This document shows positions 7,716 to 16,493 of a DNA stretch of 20,000 nucleotides, in pieces (within the stretch, counting starts at the first letter, position 1; each line of letters begins with the position of its first letter). The notes below the pieces were generated by a model, which saw only the letters and a list, made by a program, of their open reading frames with translations, had not been told where the DNA came from and did no database searches. Made by a program: the position numbers and the translations under genes. This DNA comes from an uncultured virus (IMG/VR IMGVR_UViG_3300048008_000607) (lineage: Duplodnaviria; Heunggongvirae; Uroviricota; Caudoviricetes; Crassvirales): the IMG/VR virus record IMGVR_UViG_3300048008_000607. One strand, given 5' to 3'.

Positions 7716-9447
7716 CGACTGGGTTAAAGGTGAGGATTATCCTATATGGGGTGATACTGAAGTTTATAAAAAAACAATTACTGGTGGTTACTTGTTTCAA
7801 AATGAATCACCAAAAGAAGCATATTGGCGTGTGGCTAATGCAGTTGCTAAGCGTTTATATAAGCCTGAATTAGCTGAAAAGTTTTTTCAATATATATGGG
7901 ATGGTTGGTTATGTTTAGCTTCACCAGTGCTATCTAATACAGGTACAGATAGAGGTTTACCTATTAGTTGCTTTGGTATTGATGTTGCTGATAGTATAAA
8001 TGATATAGGACAAAAGAATTTAGAAATGATGCTATTAGCCAAGCATGGAGGCGGTGTTGGCATAGGAGTTAATATGATAAGACCCGCCGGTGCTAAAATT
8101 ACAGGTAATGGAACAAGTGATGGAGTGGTCCCGTTTTGCAAGATATACGATTCAACAATACTTGCCACTAATCAAGGATCTGTCCGCAGAGGAGCTGCGT
8201 CAGTTAATATCAATATTGATCACCCCGACTTTGAAGAATGGTTGGAGATCAGAGAACCAAAAGGAGATGTTAATAGACAATCACTTAACTTACACCAGTG
8301 CGCTGTGGTCGGTGACAAGTTTATGCGAAGACTTGAACAAGGAGATAAAGAAGCTAGAGTCAAATGGTCAAAGCTATTACAAAAACGTAAAGCAACTGGA
8401 GAACCTTATATACTCTTTAAGGGAAATACAAACAAAAATAATCCAAAAGCGTATAAATCAAATGGGCTCAAAGTCCATATGACAAACATATGTAGTGAAA
8501 TTACATTACATACAGATGAATCGCATAGCTTTGTTTGTTGTTTATCTTCTGTTAATTTAGATAAATATGATGAATGGAAGAATACTAATTTAATATATGA
8601 TGCAACATGGTTTTTAGACGGGGTACTGGAGGAGTTTATTCAGAAAGCAAAAAACATGAAGGGATTCGAAAACTCTGTCCGCAGTGCGGAAAAAGGACGT
8701 GCCCTTGGTCTAGGAGTATTGGGATGGCACAGTCTACTCCAAAAGAATGGCATTGCGTTCGAAGGTTTATTAGCTCAATTTAAAACACGTGAAATTTTTA
8801 GCAAAATTAAGATTGAGTCTGAAAGAGCATCGCGAGATCTTGCAGAGGTATATGGGGAGCCGCTCTGGTGTGTCGGTACTGGTATGCGTAACACTCATCT
8901 TCGGTCTGTGGCCCCTACAGTCTCTAACAGCAAGCTTAGCGGTAACGTATCTCCTGGAATTGAGCCTTGGGCTGCTAACGTATTTACAGAGCAAAGTGCT
9001 AAGGGTACGTTTATTAGAAAGAATAAAGAACTTAAAAAAGTATTAAGAAAAATTGGAATTGATGTTAAAGAAACTTGGGACAAAATTTTGGAAGATGGTG
9101 GATCCGTTCAAGGAATTAAAGAACTCGATGGATGGTTTTATGATCATGGGGGGAAGCTCAACCAAGAAGAAGGAGAACCATTAAAAAATGTATTTAAAAC
9201 ATTTAAAGAGATTAATCAATTAGAATTAGTTAATCAAGCTGGTATACGTCAAGATTATATAGATCAATCAGTAAGTTTGAATTTAGCATTTCCATCAGAA
9301 GCACAACCTAAATGGCTTAATAAGGTACATTTAGAAGCTTGGAAACGTGGAATTAAAACATTATATTATATGAGAACTGAATCTGTTTTAAGAGGTGATA
9401 TTGCGGCTAAAGCAATGGATCCTGATTGTTTAAGCTGTGACGGATAA
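7705..9447 (+). CDS. nrdA: class I ribonucleotide reductase alpha subunit, short form without ATP-cone
   Basis: ASPVLSN, PISCF, GGGVG, QGSVRRGA, catalytic TNICSE, APTVSNS, IDQSVSLN, KTLYY, C-terminal CLSCDG. Confidence 0.96.
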   Translation: MWNNDWVKGEDYPIWGDTEVYKKTITGGYLFQNESPKEAYWRVANAVAKRLYKPELAEKFFQYIWDGWLCLASPVLSNTGTDRGLPISCFGIDVADSINDIGQKNLEMMLLAKHGGGVGIGVNMIRPAGAKITGNGTSDGVVPFCKIYDSTILATNQGSVRRGAASVNINIDHPDFEEWLEIREPKGDVNRQSLNLHQCAVVGDKFMRRLEQGDKEARVKWSKLLQKRKATGEPYILFKGNTNKNNPKAYKSNGLKVHMTNICSEITLHTDESHSFVCCLSSVNLDKYDEWKNTNLIYDATWFLDGVLEEFIQKAKNMKGFENSVRSAEKGRALGLGVLGWHSLLQKNGIAFEGLLAQFKTREIFSKIKIESERASRDLAEVYGEPLWCVGTGMRNTHLRSVAPTVSNSKLSGNVSPGIEPWAANVFTEQSAKGTFIRKNKELKKVLRKIGIDVKETWDKILEDGGSVQGIKELDGWFYDHGGKLNQEEGEPLKNVFKTFKEINQLELVNQAGIRQDYIDQSVSLNLAFPSEAQPKWLNKVHLEAWKRGIKTLYYMRTESVLRGDIAAKAMDPDCLSCDG

Positions 9448-9451
9448 ATAA

Positions 9452-9480
9452 AAATAAGAAAAATCTTATTTAAGTTTTTT
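9452..9480 (+). terminator. weak AT-rich hairpin immediately after nrdA
   Basis: AAATAAGA-AAAA-TCTTATTT (9452-9471) followed by AAGTTTTTT. Confidence 0.35.
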
Positions 9481-9490
9481 GTCAAAAATG

Positions 9491-9538
9491 AAAATAAAAA
9501 ATTAAGGGGAAAGCTTTTTGCAATCCCCTTTTTTATTT
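9491..9538. terminator. probable bidirectional intrinsic terminator between convergent modules
   Basis: Stem AAGGGGA (9504-9510) / TCCCCTT (9524-9530), T-tract after and A-tract before. Confidence 0.75.
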
Positions 9539-9539
9539 A

Positions 9540-9621
9540 AGCAACTTATTGCTTTTTATGTATTATAAGTTGTGCTAAATAGCAACTTATTGCTTGTTTT
9601 GTATTATAAGCTGTACTAAAT
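9540..9621. repeat. tandem direct repeat, 2 x 41 bp (37/41 identical), internally palindromic
   Basis: AGCAACTTATTGCTTTTTATGTATTATAAGTTGTGCTAAAT (9540-9580) and AGCAACTTATTGCTTGTTTTGTATTATAAGCTGTACTAAAT (9581-9621). Confidence 0.9.
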
Positions 9622-9627
9622 AATAAT

Positions 9628-9993
9628 TTATTTCTTATTTTTAAATTCAAAGTTGTCACCTGACAATGCTAATTTATCAATAACTTCAGATTGATAATCT
9701 CTTAACATTTTTTCAAGTTTATCTTTTTCATCTACAACTTGTAATATTTGAGCTTCTAAAGATTCGTTTTTACCTTTCAATGATTCTAGCTCTTCAGGAT
9801 TTTTACCTATAAATGTATATATAACAACAGATAAAGATCCAACTAACATACCTACAATTACTTTAAATATATCGTTGTTCGTTTCTGGTATTTCATAAAA
9901 TGCTAAAAATAACAATAGTGCCATTACTAATAAAAACACAGTAGCAGCCCCAATATATCCGCGCATTTCTTTGTTTGCAAAAGGATTTTTCAT
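9628..9993 (-). CDS. 2-TM membrane protein with C-terminal coiled coil (holin/lysis-accessory candidate)
   Basis: CAT at 9991-9993 reads MKNPFAN on the minus strand (track strand label is wrong); two hydrophobic helices then a heptad repeat. Confidence 0.75.
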   Translation of the reverse strand: MKNPFANKEMRGYIGAATVFLLVMALLLFLAFYEIPETNNDIFKVIVGMLVGSLSVVIYTFIGKNPEELESLKGKNESLEAQILQVVDEKDKLEKMLRDYQSEVIDKLALSGDNFEFKNKK

Positions 9994-9996
9994 AAT

Positions 9997-10290
9997 TTAT
10001 CTTTTCTTACGGTCAATATCTCTTCTTAAATATTCTATATCTTTCATAAAAGCTCGCATCTCTGCTTCTAAAGCTTTAACTTCTTCTTCTGTTTTTCTTT
10101 GATTAGGCCAAGTATACTTTTGTTCGTTTTCTTTTAACTTCTTAGTCTGTAATTCTACAGCATCAACTCTTGCATTAAGAGTATAATAAGAACCTATAAT
10201 AGAAACAAATAAAGTAAGTACTGTTATGATTTGCATTGGAGATATGCTGAAATCAGCTTTTCCATCTCCATTAATATCTATCTTACTCAT
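9997..10290 (-). CDS. single-TM coiled-coil protein with N-terminal DxNxDG motif
   Basis: CAT at 10288-10290 reads MSKIDINGDGKAD on the minus strand (track strand label is wrong); TM IITVLTLFVSIIGSYY then coiled coil. Confidence 0.75.
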   Translation of the reverse strand: MSKIDINGDGKADFSISPMQIITVLTLFVSIIGSYYTLNARVDAVELQTKKLKENEQKYTWPNQRKTEEEVKALEAEMRAFMKDIEYLRRDIDRKKR

Positions 10291-10442
10291 TTCTTTTTGT
10301 TTTTTAATTTTTCACCTATTTGTATAATTGTATATACTAGTGTAGCAGTTAAAACTAAAGTAGATAAAATTGGATTTAGCTCACTAATCATTCCGCCGGT
10401 TAATGCGGAGATACTTATTCCGTAAATCTTCAAATCTTCCAT
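10287..10442 (-). CDS. small holin-like membrane protein (51 aa, MEDLKIYGISISALTGG...KLKNKKK), not in ORF track
   Basis: ATG 10442 to TGA 10287 with ATGA overlap to the next gene; 1-2 hydrophobic segments and a highly basic C-tail. Confidence 0.7.
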   Translation of the reverse strand: MEDLKIYGISISALTGGMISELNPILSTLVLTATLVYTIIQIGEKLKNKKK

Positions 10443-10444
10443 TA

Positions 10445-10732
10445 TTAATATTTGCATGACGTTTTCATCGTCACGGGACTAACTCTTCTGGGCTTACCAG
10501 CAGGCTGCCCAATTCTTTTTTTCTCAGCTATTTTTTTACTTTTTTCAGAGCTTGACATTTCCCCAACTGTTTTAGGTGTCTTAGATGATATTCTTTTTTT
10601 AGGTCTGCAATACGGAGTACCTCTACTTTCGCCTTTGCTTCGACCACATGGTTTACCTGTACTAACATCAGTCCACTCTTCTTTAAACCAACGTTTAAGT
10701 GATGCTCCTTTTTCAGTTTTATTTACAGCCAT
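10445..10732 (-). CDS. basic protein resembling the C-terminal half of DUF5872-like proteins (95 aa)
   Basis: Minus strand (track label is wrong); likely start MAVNK at 10732 via TAATG; LKRWFKEEWTDV..GKPCGR...PYCRPKKRISSKTPKT motif. Confidence 0.7.
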   Translation of the reverse strand: MAVNKTEKGASLKRWFKEEWTDVSTGKPCGRSKGESRGTPYCRPKKRISSKTPKTVGEMSSSEKSKKIAEKKRIGQPAGKPRRVSPVTMKTSCKY

Positions 10733-10887
10733 TATCCTAATTTCCCCCCTCTTTTCCGGCATTTAGCAATATAACCCGATGCATAAGCTGATGGGAATAC
10801 TCTGTATTTTGCTTTTGCTTTACGATAACATGCATCCTTTTTAGTTAAAGGTGTAGATGTTTTTGCTGTTATTGGGTTATATTTCAT
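10732..10887 (-). CDS. small basic protein resembling the N-terminal half of DUF5872-like proteins (51 aa), not in ORF track
   Basis: MKYNPITAKTSTPLTKKDACYRKAKAKYRVFPSAYASGYIAKCRKRGGKLG; ATGA overlap with the giant gene's stop and TAATG overlap with the next gene. Confidence 0.75.
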   Translation of the reverse strand: MKYNPITAKTSTPLTKKDACYRKAKAKYRVFPSAYASGYIAKCRKRGGKLG

Positions 10888-13800
10888 CTTTTAAATTTTC
10901 TTTTAACTGTTCTATTTATATTTCTATTTGTATCTCTAGGATTAAACTTTTTAGATTTTTTAGTTTGCTTTTCAATCATGTTCAAATCCCATTCGCTCCA
11001 ACCGAGTGATAATGCAATTGCTTGCCATAATTCTGTTTCAGATTGCATAGCAGTATAAAGATGATCTGCTTTCTGTACAATTCTATCTGCGGGTAAGTTT
11101 GTTGCAGCAGATAATACTTTACCTCCAGCTAAAAATGCAGGATTTTCTAAACTAAATCCTTCTGTAAATACTTTTTCTTTCGATTGCTTATAAGTAAATG
11201 TTTTACCGGCAGATTCAAGTTTTCTTAATTTAGAATTAATAGGAGGCGAAAGTGATGTTGCTTCAATTGCAATTTTAGTATAATCAGGCCTTGATTTTTC
11301 GGATTGCTCAATTATTTCTATAATCATGTTTTTTACAGTAGCAGCCGCTGCACCATAAACGCCAATACCCCTTAGTAAAGTATCAAAACTACTGTTACCA
11401 ATTCTAAATAGTCTAGACTTTTCTTTATCATCATCTTCATCATCAAACAATAAAGCAAATAATCCTTGTTGTAAAGCAGAGAATATAATATTCTGTATTA
11501 CACTATAATAAGCAATCTTACTTATATTTGTTTTCCAATCTCCACGTCCATTAATCAAATCTAATGTAGCTTTTTTAGTTAACCGAGCGTATTGCATAGG
11601 TGTATTACCAAAAGCTAATATAAGACGCCCTAGTGAGCTTGCTTGCTGTGATGATATTCTATCAGGTCTTGCAGATTGTTGTGTTTCTTCTGCAATTTCT
11701 TGAAAATCTGTAAATGCTTTCGATTCAGCCTCTTTTTGACTTAAACCTTCTTTTAAATATTTATTAATTCTGTTACGGTACATTGTAGCTCCGCCAGATG
11801 CAATCGCAAAACTATCAGCAATTTGAGTTGGTGTAAAACCAAATTTAAGCAAAGCACTTAGCATTGCTCTTGCTGTATTTTTAGACCCTTTTGCTGCTCT
11901 AGCAATTTCATCCGCATTAACATCAGTTTGTAAACCTGTTCTACGTTGCTTTAAAAAATCTGAATTAAATAATGTTGTAAAATCTTTTACATATTGTGGA
12001 AAATTACCAAAAGCAAGTGCTGCGTTAATAGGATTGTTATCACTAAAATTTATAAAGTTAACAGCTGATAAAGTCTGGAGCACAGCGGATCTAGCGTTGA
12101 AAAACATAATAGCACCTACAGAATTGTTCGTCCAATCCATAAATTGTTTTTCAATTTTACTAGCACCAAATTTTCTATTAGTGCCGGTACGCATTCTATG
12201 GAGCATGTCATTTAATGCCTCAACATATGTATCCCCGTATAAAGCTCTTAACTTTTCTTTATTTTGATCAGAAAATATTTCGTCAGCGTTTTGTTTCCAT
12301 TCAGTTAAAAATTCACTACGCTTAACACCATTTATATAAGATACAATGTCTGTTGTTATATCACCTGAATCCCAATTATCTGATGGTTCTGGATAACCTT
12401 CTGGCTGTAACGCCATTAATCGATCGGCAAAAGCTTTTAACTTTTTGTCTGCTTTAACTATTTCTAGGTTTTGCTGTACTAATTCTGGGCTTCCTTCGGT
12501 TCCTGGTATGTCCATACCTTGTGTAGCCCAAATATAAATACGCACCGCGTCTTGATTAGTTAGTCCAGTAGCATTCCTTTTACCTAACCCACCCGGCACA
12601 TCTTTTTTAGCTTCTTTTTTTAGTACTTGCCAATCCCTAAGTGCTTTTTGTTTTGCAGCCTCATATTGTTGAATACCACGAGAAAATGGTCGAAGTAAAT
12701 TTTCCTTATACCATTCCATTTGCCGATCTCCCACTTTACCTTTACCTAATGTTGCATATAATAAACCAACAAAATCATCTGCTGAATAAGGAATAAAGAA
12801 TTTTTTACCTTTACCTTTTCCAACAACTTTGGCTTCAACCGGTGAAAATCTTTTAGCCCAATCTACTTTAGTAGTTTTTTGTAATATATCTTCATTAAAT
12901 TGTCTATTTAAAGATTTTTTATTAGGATCATTTTTAAAATATACTAAGTCCTTGTTTACATCTAATATATTATTATATCTGTCAACAGTATTACCAGTCT
13001 TTGGTATAAGGTCTTTTCCTTTTTGTCTACTTTGAACTAAATCTACAAAGCTTTTATCTAAAACTTTTTTAATAGCATTTGTAAAATCTAAAGCGCTATC
13101 GCCTTCTTTGTAATTATCTATTATTTTTTCAAGTTGTTCTCTTAATGTAGCAATTGGAGGAGTATGTTCATATGTAACTTCTTTAACTCCTTTTTGGTAT
13201 GATCTTAATTTACCCATCATTCTAAGCGGAGTATCACTTGCGGTATTACTACCCCAAAGCTGTAAAAGATTTTTAGCGTCTTCTTTAAGGTTTTTAAAAG
13301 TTAATCTTGTTATTTCATCTAAAACAACTTTTTTATTGTACTCTGCTTGATTATCAAAGTCATCTAAATTTTCTTTTATATATTGAGTAAACTTAACAGG
13401 ATCTTTAGCAAAGCTGCCACTTTTCCCCGTCATAGTTTTAGGATTACTATTTTTAACTAATTCTCTTAGTTTTTTATTATCAAAGAATATTGTAAAGTTT
13501 ACTTTTCCTGTTACTTTAAATCTTTTTAAATCTTCTTTAGATATTAAGTTTTTGCTTTTAACAAACTCAAATAATTCTTTTGAATTATTACCTACAACAA
13601 ATCCACCGTTTTTAAGTGGGTCACCTATATATCTCATAAAATTAATTACATCTTCTAAATTTTTAGATTTTTGTAATTCAATAATTTTATTTTCTACAAT
13701 TTTTCTTGCTCTTACTTCAGATATAGCAACATCTAAATTTTTAACAAATTTTTCATTTGTTTCAATATCAGCTATATCTTCTGGCTTTGTAAATGTTTTT

Positions 13801-16481
13801 TTAGCTGTTTCTTCAAAAACTTGTTGCTCTTCTTTATTGGGCAATAACTTTTTAGCTTCATCAATTGCTTTTTTTAGCGCTTTTGCAAAATTACCAGTGG
13901 CTTTAAAGGCTAATTTGAATGATTTTAAGAATGTTTTTGCTAATGCAATGGCAAGTTCAGGAATAATTAAAGAAACATATAAAGTATCATTATTTTTTTG
14001 AAGTTTATCTAAATAGTCAATAGCTCTATCAATTTTTTCAGATATAATTTCAATAAAGTTACTTGGAACTTCTTGCCCTTGTAACTCTTGAATAGCTTTA
14101 AACTTTTCAACAACTTCAGGTTTTGATAACGATGTAAGCACATTATCTAATCCAATTTCATCAGCTAAAATTTTTGCTAATGAAGTTTTACGAGCACCTT
14201 TAACACTTCCGGGTGCGTTTAAAAAATATTTTAAAAATTCAGCTTTACTTATATAACGTTTTTTAAATACCTTTTTTCCTTCTGCTGTTTTTTCTCGTAA
14301 CTGTTTGCCAGTTTTAGGATCTAATACAGGCTCATTAAATTCTTTAAAGTTACGATTTATAGTTTCTTGCGGTATTGCTGGATATATTTTTTCAAAGTTA
14401 TCTCTAAGAAATTGTTCATACGCAGCTGTTCTACCAAACACTTTTTTAAATGTATTTGTTAATTCATTTCTAAATCCGGTAGTAAGAGCTTGTTTAAACT
14501 TTTTATCAGTAACAGCGGGTAATTTAGTTCCTAATGTTTTTTCTACAGCAGCAACCACTTCGTTCTGTGTATCTTCAGATAAGTTAAGATCTTTAGCAAG
14601 CTCAGTCTTTATTTCTTGCTTTGCTTGTTCTTTAACTTCCATCTGTGTATCAGCAGCTGTTGTATCGGTAACTCCTTTAGCTTCTGTAACATCTAACTCA
14701 AAATCTGTTTTAAGATTTCTTTGTGCTGCTTCAATACCTCTAGTGGCTGCAAACTTATTTACATAAGCAGATAAAGGAACTTTTGTATCAGGTTTGTAAG
14801 AATTAATTAAATCAAGAATACCACGTTGACCAGTAAGTATTTCATCAACCATAAGGTCCATTTCAAATCCTGGTACATTTCTATATTTAGATGCTATACG
14901 CTTAGCCATTGGGCGATAAAGTTCTAATATTTCTGCGATACCCTCTTTGCCTTTATCTTCGTATAATTTATTTACTTTTTGTGCTTGCTTATTACCTTTA
15001 TCTTGTAAATTTTCTTTAACCCCTTGTATTCTATTTTTAGCTTTTATATATTCAGCTTTATATCCTTCTGTAGCTAAAGCATATTCCTCTTCGGTAATTT
15101 TATTTTTATTTTTCTTTTCTTTAAGATCGTTAAATCTTTTTACTTGCAGTTTAGCTAAATCATCAAGATTATTAATATCATTAATATCTTTGTCAGAAGC
15201 AAAATCAAAAATAGCATTACCTTTAATTATTCTATTTTTAAGTCGCTCTTCAACTTCTGATATTTTATTTTCAATTCCTTTTTTTGCAGTTTTATCTAAA
15301 ACACCTCTTAACTTAGTATTAAGATTAGAAAGTTCATCTATATCACTTTCAATTCCTTTAATATCCTCAGGAGCTCTTCCTAAAGAAATAGCATTTCTTA
15401 CGTCTTTATTACCTAAACCACTAAATCCAGCACCGCCAATAAACCCTTGTACACCAGCTTCCCAAGTATCTTGTTCTGTAAAAGCTTCTGCAAATCTAGC
15501 TGCAGTTTGTCCAACATCATCTGTTTTACCGTATGTTTGTTGTGCTTTTTCTAGTGCGGTTTGAATCACTTCAGTACCACTTTCAGCAGCGCCTGCTAAA
15601 ATAAAATTACTTAATTTACGCATTGCGGCTCCAGTAAGTTGTTTACTTGCAGCACTAGCAACTTTACCTAACCCTATTGTTTCTGCAGCGGCCATTGCGG
15701 AAGAAAAAACTAAAGGAGTTAGAACTTCATCTTTACCACTATTAACTAATTCTTCTAAAGGTATGTTTAATCTTTTTGCTTTTTCTTCGTTTATTGATAT
15801 ATATGAATCGCCAAAAAAATCTGTACCAATCATTAAACCAGCACCTACTTTACCACCTAATAAGAATCCGGCACCCCCTTCTATTAAGGACGGTACAAAA
15901 GAAGTAGCAGCATTGAATATCCCTCCTGCAATATCACTTATATCACCTTCTTTAAATCCTTCAATTATTTCACCAGTTTCTTTTGATTTTGCCTGAGACT
16001 CTTGTATTTTATTAATTGCTTCAATTTTGTCTTCTTCTGAAAGTCCTTCAGTCCAAAAAGAATCTTCACCTGCATATTCTACAAATTTATTTATATTTTC
16101 ATCACCAAATATTTTTCTATATATCATTCCTGATGTTAGATTAATTTTTGGAGAAATTTGTTTAATACGCTCAACCATATTATTTAATGAATTGGCTACG
16201 CTTTCAGAAAAAGTAATATCTTCTTTTTCAGGATTATTATATGATATAGTTAAATCTAATAATTGCTTATTTAGATTTCCAAGTGAGTCCGAAGAAGGCA
16301 TTCCCAAGGCTAAGTCCATATTTACGGGTGCTACATCGCTGCCCACAATCGCACCCTGAACCGTGGGAGGCAGCTTTACTTCTTGTTCGATAACAGCAGA
16401 AGGAAATTTATTTAAAAAAGCATTTGTTTGATCTTCTGGTATATTATACTTTTTTCCGTTTGGTAATGTGTATATAGGCAT
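10884..16481 (-). CDS. giant (1865 aa) putative internal virion/DNA-ejection protein with embedded sigma-70 region-2-like domain
   Basis: Last and largest of three helical proteins after tail genes. Gly/Ala-rich hydrophobic helices near the N-terminus (GGAGFLLGGKVGAG, AAESGTEVIQ); C-terminal EETQQSARP/LAFGNTPMQY region; sigma-like segment at aa ~510-590. Confidence 0.75.
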   Translation of the reverse strand: MPIYTLPNGKKYNIPEDQTNAFLNKFPSAVIEQEVKLPPTVQGAIVGSDVAPVNMDLALGMPSSDSLGNLNKQLLDLTISYNNPEKEDITFSESVANSLNNMVERIKQISPKINLTSGMIYRKIFGDENINKFVEYAGEDSFWTEGLSEEDKIEAINKIQESQAKSKETGEIIEGFKEGDISDIAGGIFNAATSFVPSLIEGGAGFLLGGKVGAGLMIGTDFFGDSYISINEEKAKRLNIPLEELVNSGKDEVLTPLVFSSAMAAAETIGLGKVASAASKQLTGAAMRKLSNFILAGAAESGTEVIQTALEKAQQTYGKTDDVGQTAARFAEAFTEQDTWEAGVQGFIGGAGFSGLGNKDVRNAISLGRAPEDIKGIESDIDELSNLNTKLRGVLDKTAKKGIENKISEVEERLKNRIIKGNAIFDFASDKDINDINNLDDLAKLQVKRFNDLKEKKNKNKITEEEYALATEGYKAEYIKAKNRIQGVKENLQDKGNKQAQKVNKLYEDKGKEGIAEILELYRPMAKRIASKYRNVPGFEMDLMVDEILTGQRGILDLINSYKPDTKVPLSAYVNKFAATRGIEAAQRNLKTDFELDVTEAKGVTDTTAADTQMEVKEQAKQEIKTELAKDLNLSEDTQNEVVAAVEKTLGTKLPAVTDKKFKQALTTGFRNELTNTFKKVFGRTAAYEQFLRDNFEKIYPAIPQETINRNFKEFNEPVLDPKTGKQLREKTAEGKKVFKKRYISKAEFLKYFLNAPGSVKGARKTSLAKILADEIGLDNVLTSLSKPEVVEKFKAIQELQGQEVPSNFIEIISEKIDRAIDYLDKLQKNNDTLYVSLIIPELAIALAKTFLKSFKLAFKATGNFAKALKKAIDEAKKLLPNKEEQQVFEETAKKTFTKPEDIADIETNEKFVKNLDVAISEVRARKIVENKIIELQKSKNLEDVINFMRYIGDPLKNGGFVVGNNSKELFEFVKSKNLISKEDLKRFKVTGKVNFTIFFDNKKLRELVKNSNPKTMTGKSGSFAKDPVKFTQYIKENLDDFDNQAEYNKKVVLDEITRLTFKNLKEDAKNLLQLWGSNTASDTPLRMMGKLRSYQKGVKEVTYEHTPPIATLREQLEKIIDNYKEGDSALDFTNAIKKVLDKSFVDLVQSRQKGKDLIPKTGNTVDRYNNILDVNKDLVYFKNDPNKKSLNRQFNEDILQKTTKVDWAKRFSPVEAKVVGKGKGKKFFIPYSADDFVGLLYATLGKGKVGDRQMEWYKENLLRPFSRGIQQYEAAKQKALRDWQVLKKEAKKDVPGGLGKRNATGLTNQDAVRIYIWATQGMDIPGTEGSPELVQQNLEIVKADKKLKAFADRLMALQPEGYPEPSDNWDSGDITTDIVSYINGVKRSEFLTEWKQNADEIFSDQNKEKLRALYGDTYVEALNDMLHRMRTGTNRKFGASKIEKQFMDWTNNSVGAIMFFNARSAVLQTLSAVNFINFSDNNPINAALAFGNFPQYVKDFTTLFNSDFLKQRRTGLQTDVNADEIARAAKGSKNTARAMLSALLKFGFTPTQIADSFAIASGGATMYRNRINKYLKEGLSQKEAESKAFTDFQEIAEETQQSARPDRISSQQASSLGRLILAFGNTPMQYARLTKKATLDLINGRGDWKTNISKIAYYSVIQNIIFSALQQGLFALLFDDEDDDKEKSRLFRIGNSSFDTLLRGIGVYGAAAATVKNMIIEIIEQSEKSRPDYTKIAIEATSLSPPINSKLRKLESAGKTFTYKQSKEKVFTEGFSLENPAFLAGGKVLSAATNLPADRIVQKADHLYTAMQSETELWQAIALSLGWSEWDLNMIEKQTKKSKKFNPRDTNRNINRTVKRKFKR

Positions 16482-16493
16482 ATTAAATTTTAT

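Noticed and set aside
8620..9000. Locally GC-richer patches in nrdA (and nrdB 6250-6480) suggesting mosaic recombination
   Set aside because: Seen only by eye, not quantified, and explainable by amino-acid composition; homologue alignments would be needed.
1167..9083. Alternative-frame and antisense ORFs inside primase, thyA, MazG, resolvase, nrdB and nrdA
   Set aside because: They lie within or almost entirely overlap conserved genes and have no motifs or plausible initiation context.
3172..9447. Introns or inteins in thyA, nrdB or nrdA
   Set aside because: All three are continuous and of normal or short length, with no splice motifs.
9540..9621. CRISPR mini-array
   Set aside because: The two 41-bp units abut with no unique spacer, and no cas gene is present in the window.
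9628..10762. ORF track gives + strand for 9628-9993, 9997-10290 and 10445-10762
   Set aside because: The listed proteins read only from the reverse complement (CAT at 9991-9993, 10288-10290, 10760-10762). They are minus-strand genes continuing the late operon, so there is no local inversion.
10231..10766. True + strand ORFs 10231-10425 and 10452-10766
   Set aside because: Antisense shadows of well-coupled minus-strand genes, with TTG starts and no recognisable motifs.
10884..16481. Giant protein as a crAss/N4-type virion RNA polymerase
   Set aside because: No DxDGD/DFDxD catalytic motif or T7-type polymerase motifs were found by eye; only a sigma-like segment is supported.
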